A stretch of DNA of 64,000 nucleotides from Escherichia phage T5_ev219. The stretch lies in sequence record NC_134263.1; one strand, written 5' to 3'. The notes under the pieces were generated by a model that saw nothing but the letters and a program-made list of their open reading frames with translations, ran no database searches and had not been told where the DNA came from. Shown here piece after piece: positions 1 to 10,189 of this stretch. Position 1 is the first letter of the stretch. The number at the start of each line of letters is the position of its first letter. The position numbers and the translations under genes were made by a program.

Positions 1-32
1 TACCCGTATTCTGCAAATTGAGAGGGAATTAG

Positions 33-350
33 ATGTTTAGTATTATAATTGCTTTTATTATCGGGGTACTTGCGGGAATTTTCGGAATGACTGCGGCTAT
101 TAACAAGCATCGTAAGTATACTGCGGAAGTATCGCGGGAGATTGCGGAAAGAGAGCGAAGGTTTGACGAGAAACGTGCGGAGTTTGAGCGGGAGTGGTCG
201 GATGGATCTCTTCCGCGACGCGGAAGAGATTCCGTGAGTTCAGACCAGAACACAGGTTTGATGATCCTTCTATGCGCTAATTGGGAAATCTCGAAATTTC
301 ATAAGATTACACATGGAGGTGTGCTCACTGCCCCGGGCGAAAATACTTAG
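33..350 (+). CDS. hypothetical small protein with hydrophobic N-terminus
   Basis: ORF track; N-terminal hydrophobic segment then charged region; followed by hairpin at 402-436. Confidence 0.4.
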   Translation: MFSIIIAFIIGVLAGIFGMTAAINKHRKYTAEVSREIAERERRFDEKRAEFEREWSDGSLPRRGRDSVSSDQNTGLMILLCANWEISKFHKITHGGVLTAPGENT

Positions 351-401
351 TCTGCTAACCGCCACCCCCGTTACTATTACCCTGCTAACTGTTTCACCCT
401 G

Positions 402-436
402 CAACCATTTTAATTGCAGGGTGAAACAATTTCAAC
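402..436. terminator. 13-bp-stem hairpin between convergent genes (possible bidirectional terminator)
   Basis: tttcaccctgcaa / ttgcagggtgaaa inverted repeat; flanking U-run weak. Confidence 0.4.
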
Positions 437-444
437 CTTAATTA

Positions 445-1179
445 TTATGCGACTTTTAGTTTCTCAATATATTGTTGCGGGCTGCAACTATATTCTGCGC
501 GTTCTTCCTCGGTCATACTTTCCCAACATAATTGCAGGCGGTCGGCTAGAAATTGATAATCATTATCATCCTCAAGAGATTCATCAATAAAGGTTTCACC
601 TATCAATGTAACCCCAATCGATAGAATATCGTTAATAGCTTGCGCGTCCAGCGTTTTAAATCCGTATGATGCCGCCGCTGATAGCACGCCTTTATGATCA
701 TCAATCATTGTAAAATCAGCGTTTGGATATAACTGTTTAAATAACTCAAAGTAATGGCTTTTATAAATAGCGTCTTTACTGTGGTATATCTCGCTAACTT
801 TATCAGCCTCAAAATATTTGTGTAGTGTATCGCGGGAAAACACGCGGATATTGCTTTTATCACGACCGCGCAGACCTTGTTTACGCAAATAATAATAGTC
901 CGACTTGCTCATTAGTCGAGCGGTACAAATAATGTTTAAAGTATTTGCGTCATTCATGCACTGGCGCATATATGTAACAAGGGGCAATAGTGTATCTTGC
1001 ATTATTAAATCATGTTTGCAGGCTTCATTTTTATACTTATTTAAATCTAAATTGCCCTCGCTATCAAAGCAAGGCGCTACACGATGAAACGAATTAATGA
1101 TAGTGCCGTCCAGATCCCAAATCATGACGCGGGAAATATGCGGGAAATTACGGGTAATATTCATTTTAACTTGATTCAT
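445..1179 (-). CDS. dmp: 5'-deoxyribonucleotidase (HAD-superfamily), T5 dmp-like
   Basis: 244 aa; HAD motif I DLDGTI near N-terminus; left-end position followed by A1-like gene as in T5. Confidence 0.8.
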   Translation of the reverse strand: MNQVKMNITRNFPHISRVMIWDLDGTIINSFHRVAPCFDSEGNLDLNKYKNEACKHDLIMQDTLLPLVTYMRQCMNDANTLNIICTARLMSKSDYYYLRKQGLRGRDKSNIRVFSRDTLHKYFEADKVSEIYHSKDAIYKSHYFELFKQLYPNADFTMIDDHKGVLSAAASYGFKTLDAQAINDILSIGVTLIGETFIDESLEDDNDYQFLADRLQLCWESMTEEERAEYSCSPQQYIEKLKVA

Positions 1180-1253
1180 TTTGTTACGTTCTCCATTAAA
1201 GGGATTAAATTAAATTAATCCAGCCCACTGGATGGGCTGGACTATTTCAGCTA

Positions 1254-1646
1254 TTAAAGACCATAAGCCAACGCATCAGCGATAAAACTAACATCTTCAC
1301 CCGATACACTGGAACGAATCCCCGCACAAGTATATACTTTTGCGCTGATCAATTGATCATCAAGACAAGCGGGGCAAGGCGCGACAACTGCAAAGGCTAG
1401 GCCGGATTTTACGGCGTCGATGATAATCGTTTCTTGTTTCACCGTGTCAACATAAACACCTTTTGCTTTAATATGGCTTGTCAGTTTGCCCTGCATATAT
1501 GCAAACGTTGTAACCTGCAAAGCGTCATTGAAATCTAATAATTCATCAATAACGTGCCCCGCCTCGACGTGGTAACGTTCGCCATTAGAATAAACCAGAA
1601 CAATGGAAGATTGAGCGCGATCGAATGGAATATTTTGCTTTTTCAT
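1254..1646 (-). CDS. hypothetical protein
   Basis: 130-aa ORF in pre-early block, same strand as neighbours. Confidence 0.5.
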   Translation of the reverse strand: MKKQNIPFDRAQSSIVLVYSNGERYHVEAGHVIDELLDFNDALQVTTFAYMQGKLTSHIKAKGVYVDTVKQETIIIDAVKSGLAFAVVAPCPACLDDQLISAKVYTCAGIRSSVSGEDVSFIADALAYGL

Positions 1647-1684
1647 ATTTATAAAACCCCAATTAGTTTAATAATGGATTTAAT

Positions 1685-1942
1685 TTATTTGATAATAATC
1701 TGCATCTGGTACGGCGTTAATTCACCGTTTACGGGTAAATTATTATCGCTTAGCCACTCATAAAAAGCGCCATCGTCATCAAAAGGAACAACATCATTAT
1801 CACGGGAATCGACGGAAATAATACCATCAGTATTAGTTTTAGCGGCTAGGATAGGCCCGAAGCTGTAAACTTTATCAGATTCCATTTCATCCGGTGAAAT
1901 GAATACTTTTTCGTCCAATGTTTTGGGTAATGTAACTTTCAT
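1685..1942 (-). CDS. hypothetical protein
   Basis: 85-aa ORF, compact spacing with neighbours. Confidence 0.5.
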   Translation of the reverse strand: MKVTLPKTLDEKVFISPDEMESDKVYSFGPILAAKTNTDGIISVDSRDNDVVPFDDDGAFYEWLSDNNLPVNGELTPYQMQIIIK

Positions 1943-1998
1943 TTTTTGTGACTCCTGTAATAGCGGCTATATTTCAAGCCGCTAGGGAAATAATTTAA

Positions 1999-3669
1999 TT
2001 ACGCAAAGAATTTACCGTTTTTAAAGTCGATCAAAGTGCGTTGACCGTTTGCATAGGTAATTAAATGCGTCTGCGTCCAACTTGACGCGCCAACGTTGTA
2101 GCCCATATCCAGACTACCAGCTACGCCAGCGGTATATACGCCGCCATAAATGCTGGCGGTATGGGTATGCCCCGTGTTTAACTTGCCCAATTTTTTAAAT
2201 TGTTTAGGATTGCCACGACTGCCGTTAATGCCATTGTGACCGTGTACGCCGCATTCAATGCCTGCAATCTTGAAAGATTGATCAGTGGTCAGGAAAATGG
2301 CGTTAAATTCACAACCTGCAACCTTGCGCAACGCATAATCTAGCACGTTAAACGTTTCGTCGTGTTCACCGATTGCCGCGTAAATTGCAGCATTCAGGCG
2401 GTGATATAACTCGGCGTTTGCTGGATCGTCTTTGATGTTAGCATTACGATCATCAAGCCAACGGGATAGCGCCAAATCGTGATTAGATTCAACAATGATT
2501 GTTTGACTAAAATCACGTTCCATTGATTCCAGCACGCGCCCCGTATCGATAAGATCATCCAGAACTTTATCACGTCCGGCGGCGTATTGTTTAGCTAGGA
2601 ATACACCGGATGCGCGGTTATGATGATTGCGGGATGTAAAATCGTGAACGTCATGCACAAACTGATATTTTGGTTTAAGAATATCTACTAGCCCATAAGT
2701 ATCACCATGCCCCCAAGATGCGGCGGCGCACTCCTCATCTAATTTTTCGGCGTGAATATCGCCATACTGCAAGCCTAAAACATGCCCCGATGTCTCATAG
2801 CATCCGGCAGGAGTAGCGCAAACGTTCAGATCATAAAACACCCCGCTTTCGTCCATTGTTTCAAGCTGGCGAACAAAAAATTCCCCGTCCTCATCGAACT
2901 CAACAATCAGCGCACCGAAGTTATGCAGCGCCTCGGCCTTTTGTCCTGCTTTCTGCTGAATGTAGTTTTTTAACGTTGCCGTTCCGGTTGAATACATACG
3001 GCGCACTACTTCACCTTTTAAAGCTGGCACGCTTTCAGCGGTAATTTTAGCGTGACCAATTGCCAGCCCCTCAATATTTAAAGCCGTTGCAGTCTCGGCG
3101 AATCCAGAAAGCGGATAATCTGCGGTTGGCAAAACATTAATTTCAGCCATGAAAGCAAAACGGCGATTATTCAAAAACACGTTTTTGCTGCAAATATATT
3201 TATCGAACGCGGAATCATATTTGATTCCATCCGCACCTTCCCCATTTTGGAATCCGTTTTTATTATAAATATACTTAGAAACAAGCAAATCAGCGCCGAT
3301 ATATTTAGCAAATTGCTCCAGTGAGGCTAAAAAGTTTTTATGCGGGAAAGTATTATTCTGAATCGAGGTAATAATAAAGCGTTTACCTTGTTTTACTTCC
3401 CATTGCTCCACCGTACTAGAAACAATCCCCGCCGCTTCTGGGCGTTCATCGTTTTTAATGGCTTTTGCTACTTTCGCCGCTTTCGGTTTCGCTGGTTTAT
3501 TTGCTTCCAGCCAGTCGCAGATAGCGGTCGAGTGTTTTGTAGTATCATAGACCGCTTTTGATATATCGTCGCAGACTTCCAGTTTAGTAGCGCGCAGACG
3601 TTTACCGTAGAAATTGAAGTCAGCGGCCATTTTCAGGATAACGGTTTGTTTTTCTGCGGAAATAATCAT
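1999..3669 (-). CDS. A1: pre-early A1 protein (calcineurin-like metallophosphoesterase motifs)
   Basis: Track ORF 561 aa; start at Met6 gives 556 aa with GGAG RBS 9 nt upstream; motifs GDIHAE, GHGD, SNHD. Confidence 0.8.
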   Translation of the reverse strand: MIISAEKQTVILKMAADFNFYGKRLRATKLEVCDDISKAVYDTTKHSTAICDWLEANKPAKPKAAKVAKAIKNDERPEAAGIVSSTVEQWEVKQGKRFIITSIQNNTFPHKNFLASLEQFAKYIGADLLVSKYIYNKNGFQNGEGADGIKYDSAFDKYICSKNVFLNNRRFAFMAEINVLPTADYPLSGFAETATALNIEGLAIGHAKITAESVPALKGEVVRRMYSTGTATLKNYIQQKAGQKAEALHNFGALIVEFDEDGEFFVRQLETMDESGVFYDLNVCATPAGCYETSGHVLGLQYGDIHAEKLDEECAAASWGHGDTYGLVDILKPKYQFVHDVHDFTSRNHHNRASGVFLAKQYAAGRDKVLDDLIDTGRVLESMERDFSQTIIVESNHDLALSRWLDDRNANIKDDPANAELYHRLNAAIYAAIGEHDETFNVLDYALRKVAGCEFNAIFLTTDQSFKIAGIECGVHGHNGINGSRGNPKQFKKLGKLNTGHTHTASIYGGVYTAGVAGSLDMGYNVGASSWTQTHLITYANGQRTLIDFKNGKFFA

Positions 3670-3758
3670 AGTATAAAACTCCATTAAAGGGATTAAGTTA
3701 ATAACGGCAATATTGCCAAATATAACGCCTATTATTCAAGGCGTTATAATTTGCAACA

Positions 3759-3956
3759 TTAATTTAAAGGCATAAGGCTAGAACTAACACCACAAGCAAC
3801 GGCAGCGATAAAACAAAGCAGACCTAAACGTTTTGCTAATTTAGATTTACGTTTAAAATAATATGAATCTAAATCATTTTGAAAATAAGCGAATAATAGG
3901 GAGGCCGCCATAATAAATAAGCCTAGAATTAAAGATTCAGTAGGGAAGAAAACCAT
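3759..3956 (-). CDS. small membrane protein
   Basis: 65-aa ORF, two hydrophobic segments. Confidence 0.4.
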   Translation of the reverse strand: MVFFPTESLILGLFIMAASLLFAYFQNDLDSYYFKRKSKLAKRLGLLCFIAAVACGVSSSLMPLN

Positions 3957-4046
3957 TTTTAAAACTCCTGATTTAAGGGAAGAAAATAACTATCGCTAAA
4001 CAGTTATATTATTGCCCCCTCACTAAAAGGGGGCAAGATATAACTA

Positions 4047-4454
4047 TTATTCGCCTGCGGCCTGTTTTACTTCATCGGCAACGCCTAACAATTGCGCTAC
4101 TGCGTCCAGCGTTTCAAGTTTTGCACTTTCAAGGCTTGCCAAATCATCGGCGTCTTTGATAATGCCGGAATCAATAGCATGTTTAGCGATAACGCGCACA
4201 TAGTGAGCTTTACGCACAGAGCTACCGCCGCCAACTTTACGCGGCTTATCGCTTTTTTGATAGGCTTTTGCACTGGTCAATTTTGAGCGAACGGATACGG
4301 GGGAGGCCGCGCCTACTGCTTTTGCAATCTCTTTCAGGCCGTCGCTATTTGCAAAATCTAAACCGTTTTCGTTGATTAACTGCTGGTACATGGTAACAGC
4401 TTTCTGAGTGTTTTCTTCATTCCATGCGAATTTTGCGGTTTTTGCGTTAGTCAT
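4047..4454 (-). CDS. pre-early protein, candidate A2 (small DNA-binding protein)
   Basis: 135-aa ORF immediately downstream of A1, Lys/Ala-rich; assignment by position only. Confidence 0.5.
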   Translation of the reverse strand: MTNAKTAKFAWNEENTQKAVTMYQQLINENGLDFANSDGLKEIAKAVGAASPVSVRSKLTSAKAYQKSDKPRKVGGGSSVRKAHYVRVIAKHAIDSGIIKDADDLASLESAKLETLDAVAQLLGVADEVKQAAGE

Positions 4455-4553
4455 GGTAAAAACTCCTATTAGTTTAATTTAAGGGATTTAATGATTAACC
4501 TAATGTTAATCGTTATATCCCCTTATTTCAGGGGATATAAAGTTAACACTAAT

Positions 4554-4805
4554 TTATAGTACAGCTTCCCATTTTTCGTTGCGTTGAACAACTTTTACAA
4601 CGTCGCCGGATTTAACGCGAACGCTAAAAACGGTTTTGCCGTTGTTACTACGTTCATTTTCAGCGTATACCGCGTCGATTGTATCAAACGGCATAAGCGC
4701 CGCACCTTTAATACGTTCGGCTTTTCCGGTTAGTTCATCCGTTTTAGTAACGAAAGGAATAAAAACGGATTGACCAATTTTAGGCGCGGTAATAACGTTT
4801 TTCAT
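4554..4805 (-). CDS. hypothetical protein
   Basis: 83-aa ORF. Confidence 0.45.
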   Translation of the reverse strand: MKNVITAPKIGQSVFIPFVTKTDELTGKAERIKGAALMPFDTIDAVYAENERSNNGKTVFSVRVKSGDVVKVVQRNEKWEAVL

Positions 4806-5032
4806 AATATAAACTCCTAGTTATTTGGGGATTGTTCCGCATTACCTGCTAGAAAGTAGCAGGTAATAAGCAACAATCCGCTCACCGCTATAATCAATTT
4901 AAAGAACTCCATGCAGGCCGCTATATCCCAGTTAGGGGGCGGGACACATTATGGTAAGTGCCGACCGTCAGATTTTATCAAGTTATCGCTCTTATCGAAC
5001 TGAGTACATCTTAAAGCCTATCGGCTAGGTTG

Positions 5033-5236
5033 TCAAACAATTTTTTGAGATTTTTTATGATTTTCTTTCAGGTCAATCATAATATTCCGCCAGATCATTT
5101 CTAAACCTTGCTGGCGACCTTTCTTGTACTGCGTGAATCGGTATTTTACCGATCTTTGCGCTATTGTCAACAATTTTTTAGTTTCGCTATCCAGTGCCTT
5201 GCTAGGTTTACCAGTGATCAATAAAGTTTGTTTCAT
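5033..5236 (-). CDS. hypothetical small basic protein flanked by 16-bp inverted repeats
   Basis: 67-aa ORF; perfect IR cttaaagcctatcggc at 5010-5025 and 5271-5286. Confidence 0.4.
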   Translation of the reverse strand: MKQTLLITGKPSKALDSETKKLLTIAQRSVKYRFTQYKKGRQQGLEMIWRNIMIDLKENHKKSQKIV

Positions 5237-5690
5237 ATCGTCGATTCCTTATATAATAGATAAGTTTATCGCCGATAGGCTTTAAGATATACCCAATTTT
5301 TAAAGAGCGCGGCGGTAAACTTTCCCGCCGTTGTAGTTCGTCATTGCCGCCCTACGAGATAAATAATAGCAAATGCCAAAAATGGCGCAACCTTATTTTT
5401 GTAAAGAAACGTAAAGACAAATGCCACCGGACACCGTGCGGCGACGGCCTAAAATTAAAAGAAACGGGCGCGCGAATACCACAAAACAAAGCAGATAGGC
5501 AAGTAATTTTTTCATTTATATTTGCTTCCCCTACTTGACAAAATCTAAAAAGCTCGTGGCAGCGATAAACGAGGGTAGGCAATGCAATGGCATGGCTAAA
5601 ACTTTCATCGCGTTCTAGGGCGTTTTAGGCGCCTTAAATTGGACTTAACAAATATTTAACAAAAGCAAAATTGAAAAATAGTTGAAAAAG

Positions 5691-5714
5691 GTCTTGACTT
5701 TTAAAAATCAAGAC
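5691..5714 (-). terminator. hairpin downstream of HNH gene
   Basis: gtcttga...tcaagac stem followed on minus strand by a T-run. Confidence 0.45.
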
Positions 5715-5739
5715 TAAATAAGTTAATTTAGTAAATAAA

Positions 5740-6258
5740 TTAATTGACAATTCCATATTCAGCTTTTTTAATTTCAAGCCATAATAATAACTCTTGTAAA
5801 TCATAACCAGACTTACTAACACGCTTGTTAGTAATAGGATTCTTAATTTGAGCAGTCAAATAGTCACGCCCGTAATTATCCCGGGGGCGAACTTTATTAA
5901 CGTAAATGTTTTTAGGGATACCATTAGCACGCTTACAGTTTTCATACTCACTAGGAGTGCGATTATAATTATTCTGCGAACTATCAACCGCGCGAAGATT
6001 CCAGATGTTATTATTACGAGTGTTACGATCAATATGGTCAATCATTAGCTCGCTATCTATACCGCCATTCATTATACAAAAGATAATTCTATGTACTTTG
6101 AATTGTCCCATGTCTAATAGTTCAACTTGCCAATAATTACCATTTAAACCACCTGCGATGGCGTGATCTTCTCGCCAACGTAAAAACGATAACGACGTTT
6201 CATCATAATAAAAGTAACTATTAAAAAGGTCATAATCTATATCTTTATATTTAGGCAT
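5740..6258 (-). CDS. HNH homing endonuclease
   Basis: 172 aa; HNH-like motif HRIIFCIMNG...DHIDRNTRNNNIWNLR. Confidence 0.65.
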   Translation of the reverse strand: MPKYKDIDYDLFNSYFYYDETSLSFLRWREDHAIAGGLNGNYWQVELLDMGQFKVHRIIFCIMNGGIDSELMIDHIDRNTRNNNIWNLRAVDSSQNNYNRTPSEYENCKRANGIPKNIYVNKVRPRDNYGRDYLTAQIKNPITNKRVSKSGYDLQELLLWLEIKKAEYGIVN

Positions 6259-6448
6259 CTAATTGTTTCCTTATGTTATTACTTTAATCTCTATTATATT
6301 ATATCAAAATGATTAGCAGACTAGCTAATGAGTTTTTCAGGTTTAATTAGCTGACTCATAATCACTATAAAAACCTATTAGCCAACTAACTATATTTTAC
6401 GATATAATAACTACATAAATTAGTTAGTGAGAATCACTATCATTTAAG

Positions 6449-6530
6449 TTATCCACAGACTTAATCACAGCACAAAATGATTTGACACGATAGGCGGCGA
6501 TATAAGCACTTATCCACAGACTTATCCACA
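6449..6530 (+). promoter_or_regulatory. cluster of three DnaA-box matches (TTATCCACA)
   Basis: Exact TTATCCACA at 6449-6457, 6510-6518, 6522-6530. Confidence 0.6.
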
Positions 6531-6536
6531 TGTTAT

Positions 6537-6556
6537 CCTACTGTATAAATATACAA
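6537..6556. promoter_or_regulatory. LexA-box-like palindrome, imperfect
   Basis: cctactgtataaatatacaa; CTGT-N8-ACAA, one mismatch from CTGT-N8-ACAG; inverted copy of 10066-10085. Confidence 0.4.
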
Positions 6557-6822
6557 GGTAGAAAGGTAGTGTTAACAACTGCAATCAATTTCAGGCGGCC
6601 TAAAACGCTTTCTAACGAGCTAAATGCGGTGGGGTAATATTAAAGTAAAGCCTTCACCCGTCGCCCTGGAGGCTCCGCCGTGTTTTGCTTTTTACTGCAC
6701 CGCTGCGCGGTTAGCATAAAACTAGGTGTTAGGCAAGGAAAATAAAAAGGTAAAATAATATTTGCCCCTAGAAAGAAAATACCTTTATCATTCTTCTACC
6801 GATTAACGAGGGAGGCCAACAA

Positions 6823-7815
6823 ATGAGGCTATATAAACCAGATAACGCAACCGTCTTAAAAGGTGCGCTGCGTAACCTGCTGGACGGTAGCAGAACAACC
6901 AGCATTAAACATTTTATTAACAAGGCTGAAACTATTCACCAAAACTTTTTTGATGATTATGATGCCTATGATATGGATAGTTTTCTACCATTATATAAGC
7001 AAGGGGCAACGCTAGTTTTATATAATCAGGAATCTCACTTGCTTACTAGTCGAGGGCCAGATACTGATTTTATTATAGTGAAAGGCAGTACAGTAAAAGC
7101 CTATGATGCGGGGGCGGGCTTAGAAGTTTTCTCGATAGAAAATTATGAGCCTTATGATAAGGATCTTTATGACGTAGAAAATTTTCTCGATTCATTTTGG
7201 CGTTATTTATCAATTGGGTGGAATCGGTCGGATTATGACGGGTATCGTTTTGCGGCTGTAATGGCTTTTGATGATAACGGTAATTTTTTGTTACCGTCGG
7301 AATTATACCCGTATGTATACAATGATTTAATAGAGGAGGCTGGTTTTACTTTCTGGAAAGATGAAGATCAGCCTATTGACAATATAGAAAACCATGCTGT
7401 AAATTCTAACACTCAAAGCGTTAACACTCAAATTACTGAAAACAAAGGAAAAAATACCATGACCAAGATCGCTAATATCGTTGCCGCTAATAAATCCGCT
7501 GTTGTAAATGCTGCAAAACTGGAGGCGGGTAAAATTGCATTAACTCAAATTACGAAAGTAGCGGCTAAAAAAGCACCATTCATGATCAAAGGTTATATCG
7601 ATACGCCTATTGGTCGAGTAGTGATTGCTAACCTGCTGAGTGTAGCGGTTGACCAATACGCCCCAAATAACCAAAAGGCGAAAGCGGTAGCAGGGGCGGC
7701 TATGGAAGCGGCAATGCTGGAAATGGTGCAAAGTTTTAACATCGCTGAAATGATTGATGAAATGGTGAAAGGTATTGATATTTCTACTTTTACCACTAGC
7801 ACCGAAATCGAGTAA
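6823..7815 (+). CDS. hypothetical protein
   Basis: 330-aa ORF with GGGAGG RBS; Ala/Lys-rich C-terminus. Confidence 0.6.
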   Translation: MRLYKPDNATVLKGALRNLLDGSRTTSIKHFINKAETIHQNFFDDYDAYDMDSFLPLYKQGATLVLYNQESHLLTSRGPDTDFIIVKGSTVKAYDAGAGLEVFSIENYEPYDKDLYDVENFLDSFWRYLSIGWNRSDYDGYRFAAVMAFDDNGNFLLPSELYPYVYNDLIEEAGFTFWKDEDQPIDNIENHAVNSNTQSVNTQITENKGKNTMTKIANIVAANKSAVVNAAKLEAGKIALTQITKVAAKKAPFMIKGYIDTPIGRVVIANLLSVAVDQYAPNNQKAKAVAGAAMEAAMLEMVQSFNIAEMIDEMVKGIDISTFTTSTEIE

Positions 7816-7880
7816 TAATATTTAGTGGGGATTATTTCCCCACTTTACTATTCCCTTGTTAATTAATAGGAGGATAATAA

Positions 7881-8375
7881 ATGGCTGAGGAAAAATACGG
7901 CTTCTCGCTAGGGGAAGTGAGCACGGCTAAACACGATATGATCATTTTGGTTGATTGTCATACGGGTTACTGCGGTGAAGGGAATACCGAAGAATATTTT
8001 GTTCCTGCTGGTACGGATCTCGACGCTTTCGCTCATGAAATGGCGGTTGATAATGCTTCTCGTTTTGGTAGCGATGGTTATGAAGATGAAGAAACTGGCG
8101 ATTGGTATGAGAATGATAATGTATATGCAAGCCTTTATCATTATCAATTAAGTAAATCCGGCACGTATGTAAACGGCGGCGATCCTATTAATTCCGTCAT
8201 GAAATTAATTATTAAATATGGTGGCGCTGAGATAATTGGTAACAAAGCGGTATTATACGCAAATCGATTAAAACAGCTTGTTTATATCCCTGATAGTACC
8301 CGATGGGAGGAATATGCTGTTTTGCATGACGAATTGAAACGATGTTTCAATATTGAATCCTTGCAGGTAGTCTAA
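7881..8375 (+). CDS. hypothetical protein
   Basis: 164-aa ORF with AGGAGG RBS. Confidence 0.6.
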   Translation: MAEEKYGFSLGEVSTAKHDMIILVDCHTGYCGEGNTEEYFVPAGTDLDAFAHEMAVDNASRFGSDGYEDEETGDWYENDNVYASLYHYQLSKSGTYVNGGDPINSVMKLIIKYGGAEIIGNKAVLYANRLKQLVYIPDSTRWEEYAVLHDELKRCFNIESLQVV

Positions 8376-8479
8376 TGTAAAGTTTTGTAAAGGTCGCCTT
8401 TTATGGTGGCCTTTTTTGTTATAATGCCTTTACACCAAAACGGTGGATTGAAAATTTCCCAAAAATTTGGAGGCTTAAA

Positions 8480-8710
8480 ATGGTTGCATACTCTTCTGCT
8501 AGTCATCTGTTCACCGCTCAAGGTTGGGTGTCTAATCGCGTAATCATTCATGAAATGGTGCAGGAGTTCGGCATTGCTAAAACTTATAACACCATCCAAG
8601 AACTATACAACGCCGATAAAATCGATCAGCAAACGGCGGGCTTTTTGCTGGACACGCTGAAAGCGGAACACTGTACTAAAAAACAAGCGGCAAAAATTGT
8701 TTTAATGTAA
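8480..8710 (+). CDS. hypothetical protein
   Basis: 76-aa ORF. Confidence 0.5.
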   Translation: MVAYSSASHLFTAQGWVSNRVIIHEMVQEFGIAKTYNTIQELYNADKIDQQTAGFLLDTLKAEHCTKKQAAKIVLM

Positions 8711-8910
8711 TTAATAACGGGGCGTTACTTTCGCCCCACTAACTAGGGGAGTATTACAAATGGTTATTTTTCGAGCTATTTTAGCTGGTATCTTGGGCGC
8801 TATTTTATCACTTTTTGCAATAGCTTTCGGCGTTCACGCGGTTATTATTGGTGCGGGTATCGCCGTTTTTTCTTATTTGCTGGGCTGCATGAGTAAAGGA
8901 GAATAAAAAA

Positions 8911-9123
8911 ATGATTCGTAACGTTTCCCTTGCACGTTCAAAGGGTTTTAAGCTGGTGGATGTAAACACGTTTGAGCGGGAGGATTGTAAAATTGAATAT
9001 GTAGCACGTAACAAAAATGCCTTTCGTGTTACCGAGAAAAAATTTGACAAGCGCGGCAACGTGGTCGCTGAAACAGTTAAACACTTTGCCACCTTTTACG
9101 CGGCTTTTCGTGGGGTGTTATAA
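8911..9123 (+). CDS. hypothetical protein
   Basis: 70-aa ORF with AGGAG RBS. Confidence 0.45.
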   Translation: MIRNVSLARSKGFKLVDVNTFEREDCKIEYVARNKNAFRVTEKKFDKRGNVVAETVKHFATFYAAFRGVL

Positions 9124-9124
9124 A

Positions 9125-9469
9125 ATGGTTATTTATGAGGGCAATCGTTTTGTTGCTAATTGCCGTCCGGCATTACTAGCAAACTATTTAAACCAGCTTT
9201 CCCCAGCTTACAAGGGCGTTATTAATATTTATGAGGGCAAGGCGCATTATAAAATTAATGCGGTCGTTGCCCGTGAACTAGCGTTTCAATTTTTGACCTT
9301 TGCATCTTGTGACGTTCAGGTTATGGGTGAAGCATTAATTGCGGAAAATGAAGATGATTTTATTAATATTTTCCGCAAGGTATGTACCGAGCGCCTGATA
9401 ATGAAAGGCGCATATATTCAATCCACTGCGGATAGTATTGAAACAGCGTTTCGAAAGGTGGCGCAATGA
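9125..9469 (+). CDS. hypothetical protein
   Basis: Track ORF 9017..9469 trimmed to Met at 9125, which abuts the stop of the upstream gene. Confidence 0.5.
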   Translation: MVIYEGNRFVANCRPALLANYLNQLSPAYKGVINIYEGKAHYKINAVVARELAFQFLTFASCDVQVMGEALIAENEDDFINIFRKVCTERLIMKGAYIQSTADSIETAFRKVAQ

Positions 9470-9494
9470 GATTATATAATAACGGAGCGTTATT

Positions 9495-9698
9495 ATGAGC
9501 AATAAAATTGTTGTAACCAAAATCAGTACAATGGTTGACGTTTTTTATGTGCCCGATACGCCGGAAAACCGACAAGCGGTCGAGCGGGGCGAATATGATA
9601 GCGTTATTTATGATGCCGATGGTTATTATCATCATTTGGTCGATTCCTATGGGGAAGAGGAGAAGATCACGCATCGACTACCCGAGGGGGATTTATGA
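9495..9698 (+). CDS. hypothetical protein
   Basis: 67-aa ORF. Confidence 0.45.
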   Translation: MSNKIVVTKISTMVDVFYVPDTPENRQAVERGEYDSVIYDADGYYHHLVDSYGEEEKITHRLPEGDL

Positions 9699-9849
9699 AA
9701 CGATGGTTTAATCACTGGTATAAGCGGTTTTTAGTACGCCGTCGCAAGTCTAGACAACAAGATGAGTGGCGGGAGTGGGCAAAGCGTAACGGTTGCCCAC
9801 TACTATAATAATAACGGGGCGCAACTATCAGGGAGTGCCCCCAATTCTC

Positions 9850-9870
9850 AAATGAGAATCATTCTCATTT
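9850..9870. repeat. 21-bp perfect palindrome
   Basis: aaatgagaatcattctcattt. Confidence 0.7.
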
Positions 9871-10065
9871 GACCGCGCCCGCGATGGTTAGCCTGCTAAT
9901 GATTAGGGTGTTACGTGTCGCCTTGTGTGATCGTTAGCGAGCTAACTAATTTTCAAGCCTCCTCCAATTTTGCCCTTGTTTTAGTATCCCCACCAAAATT
10001 AAACGCGTTAGAATGCGATCTAGGACGTTTTAACGCTATATTAGAACTATTCACTGCATAGGAAT

Positions 10066-10085
10066 ACTGTATATTTATACAGTAG
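10066..10085. promoter_or_regulatory. LexA (SOS) box consensus palindrome
   Basis: tactgtatatttatacagta contains CTGT-N8-ACAG; adjacent TTATCAACA-like motifs and a perfect DnaA box (ctgtggataa) at 10166-10175. Confidence 0.5.
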
Positions 10086-10189
10086 GATAAGCTGTTGATA
10101 AGTCTGTTGATAACGCTTCAAAATGGCTAGGATTCTGTCAAGTCAAATCGTGCTGTTAATAAGCCTGTGGATAACTTAAATAACAGTGT

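Noticed and set aside
905-1087. Plus-strand small ORFs embedded in minus-strand genes (905..1087, 2782..2973, 3340..3561, 12849..13151, 38179..38475, 51126..51479 and similar)
   Set aside because: Each lies antisense within a longer, better-supported gene (dmp, A1, nrdA and others) with no RBS or promoter of its own; treated as ORF-finder artefacts.
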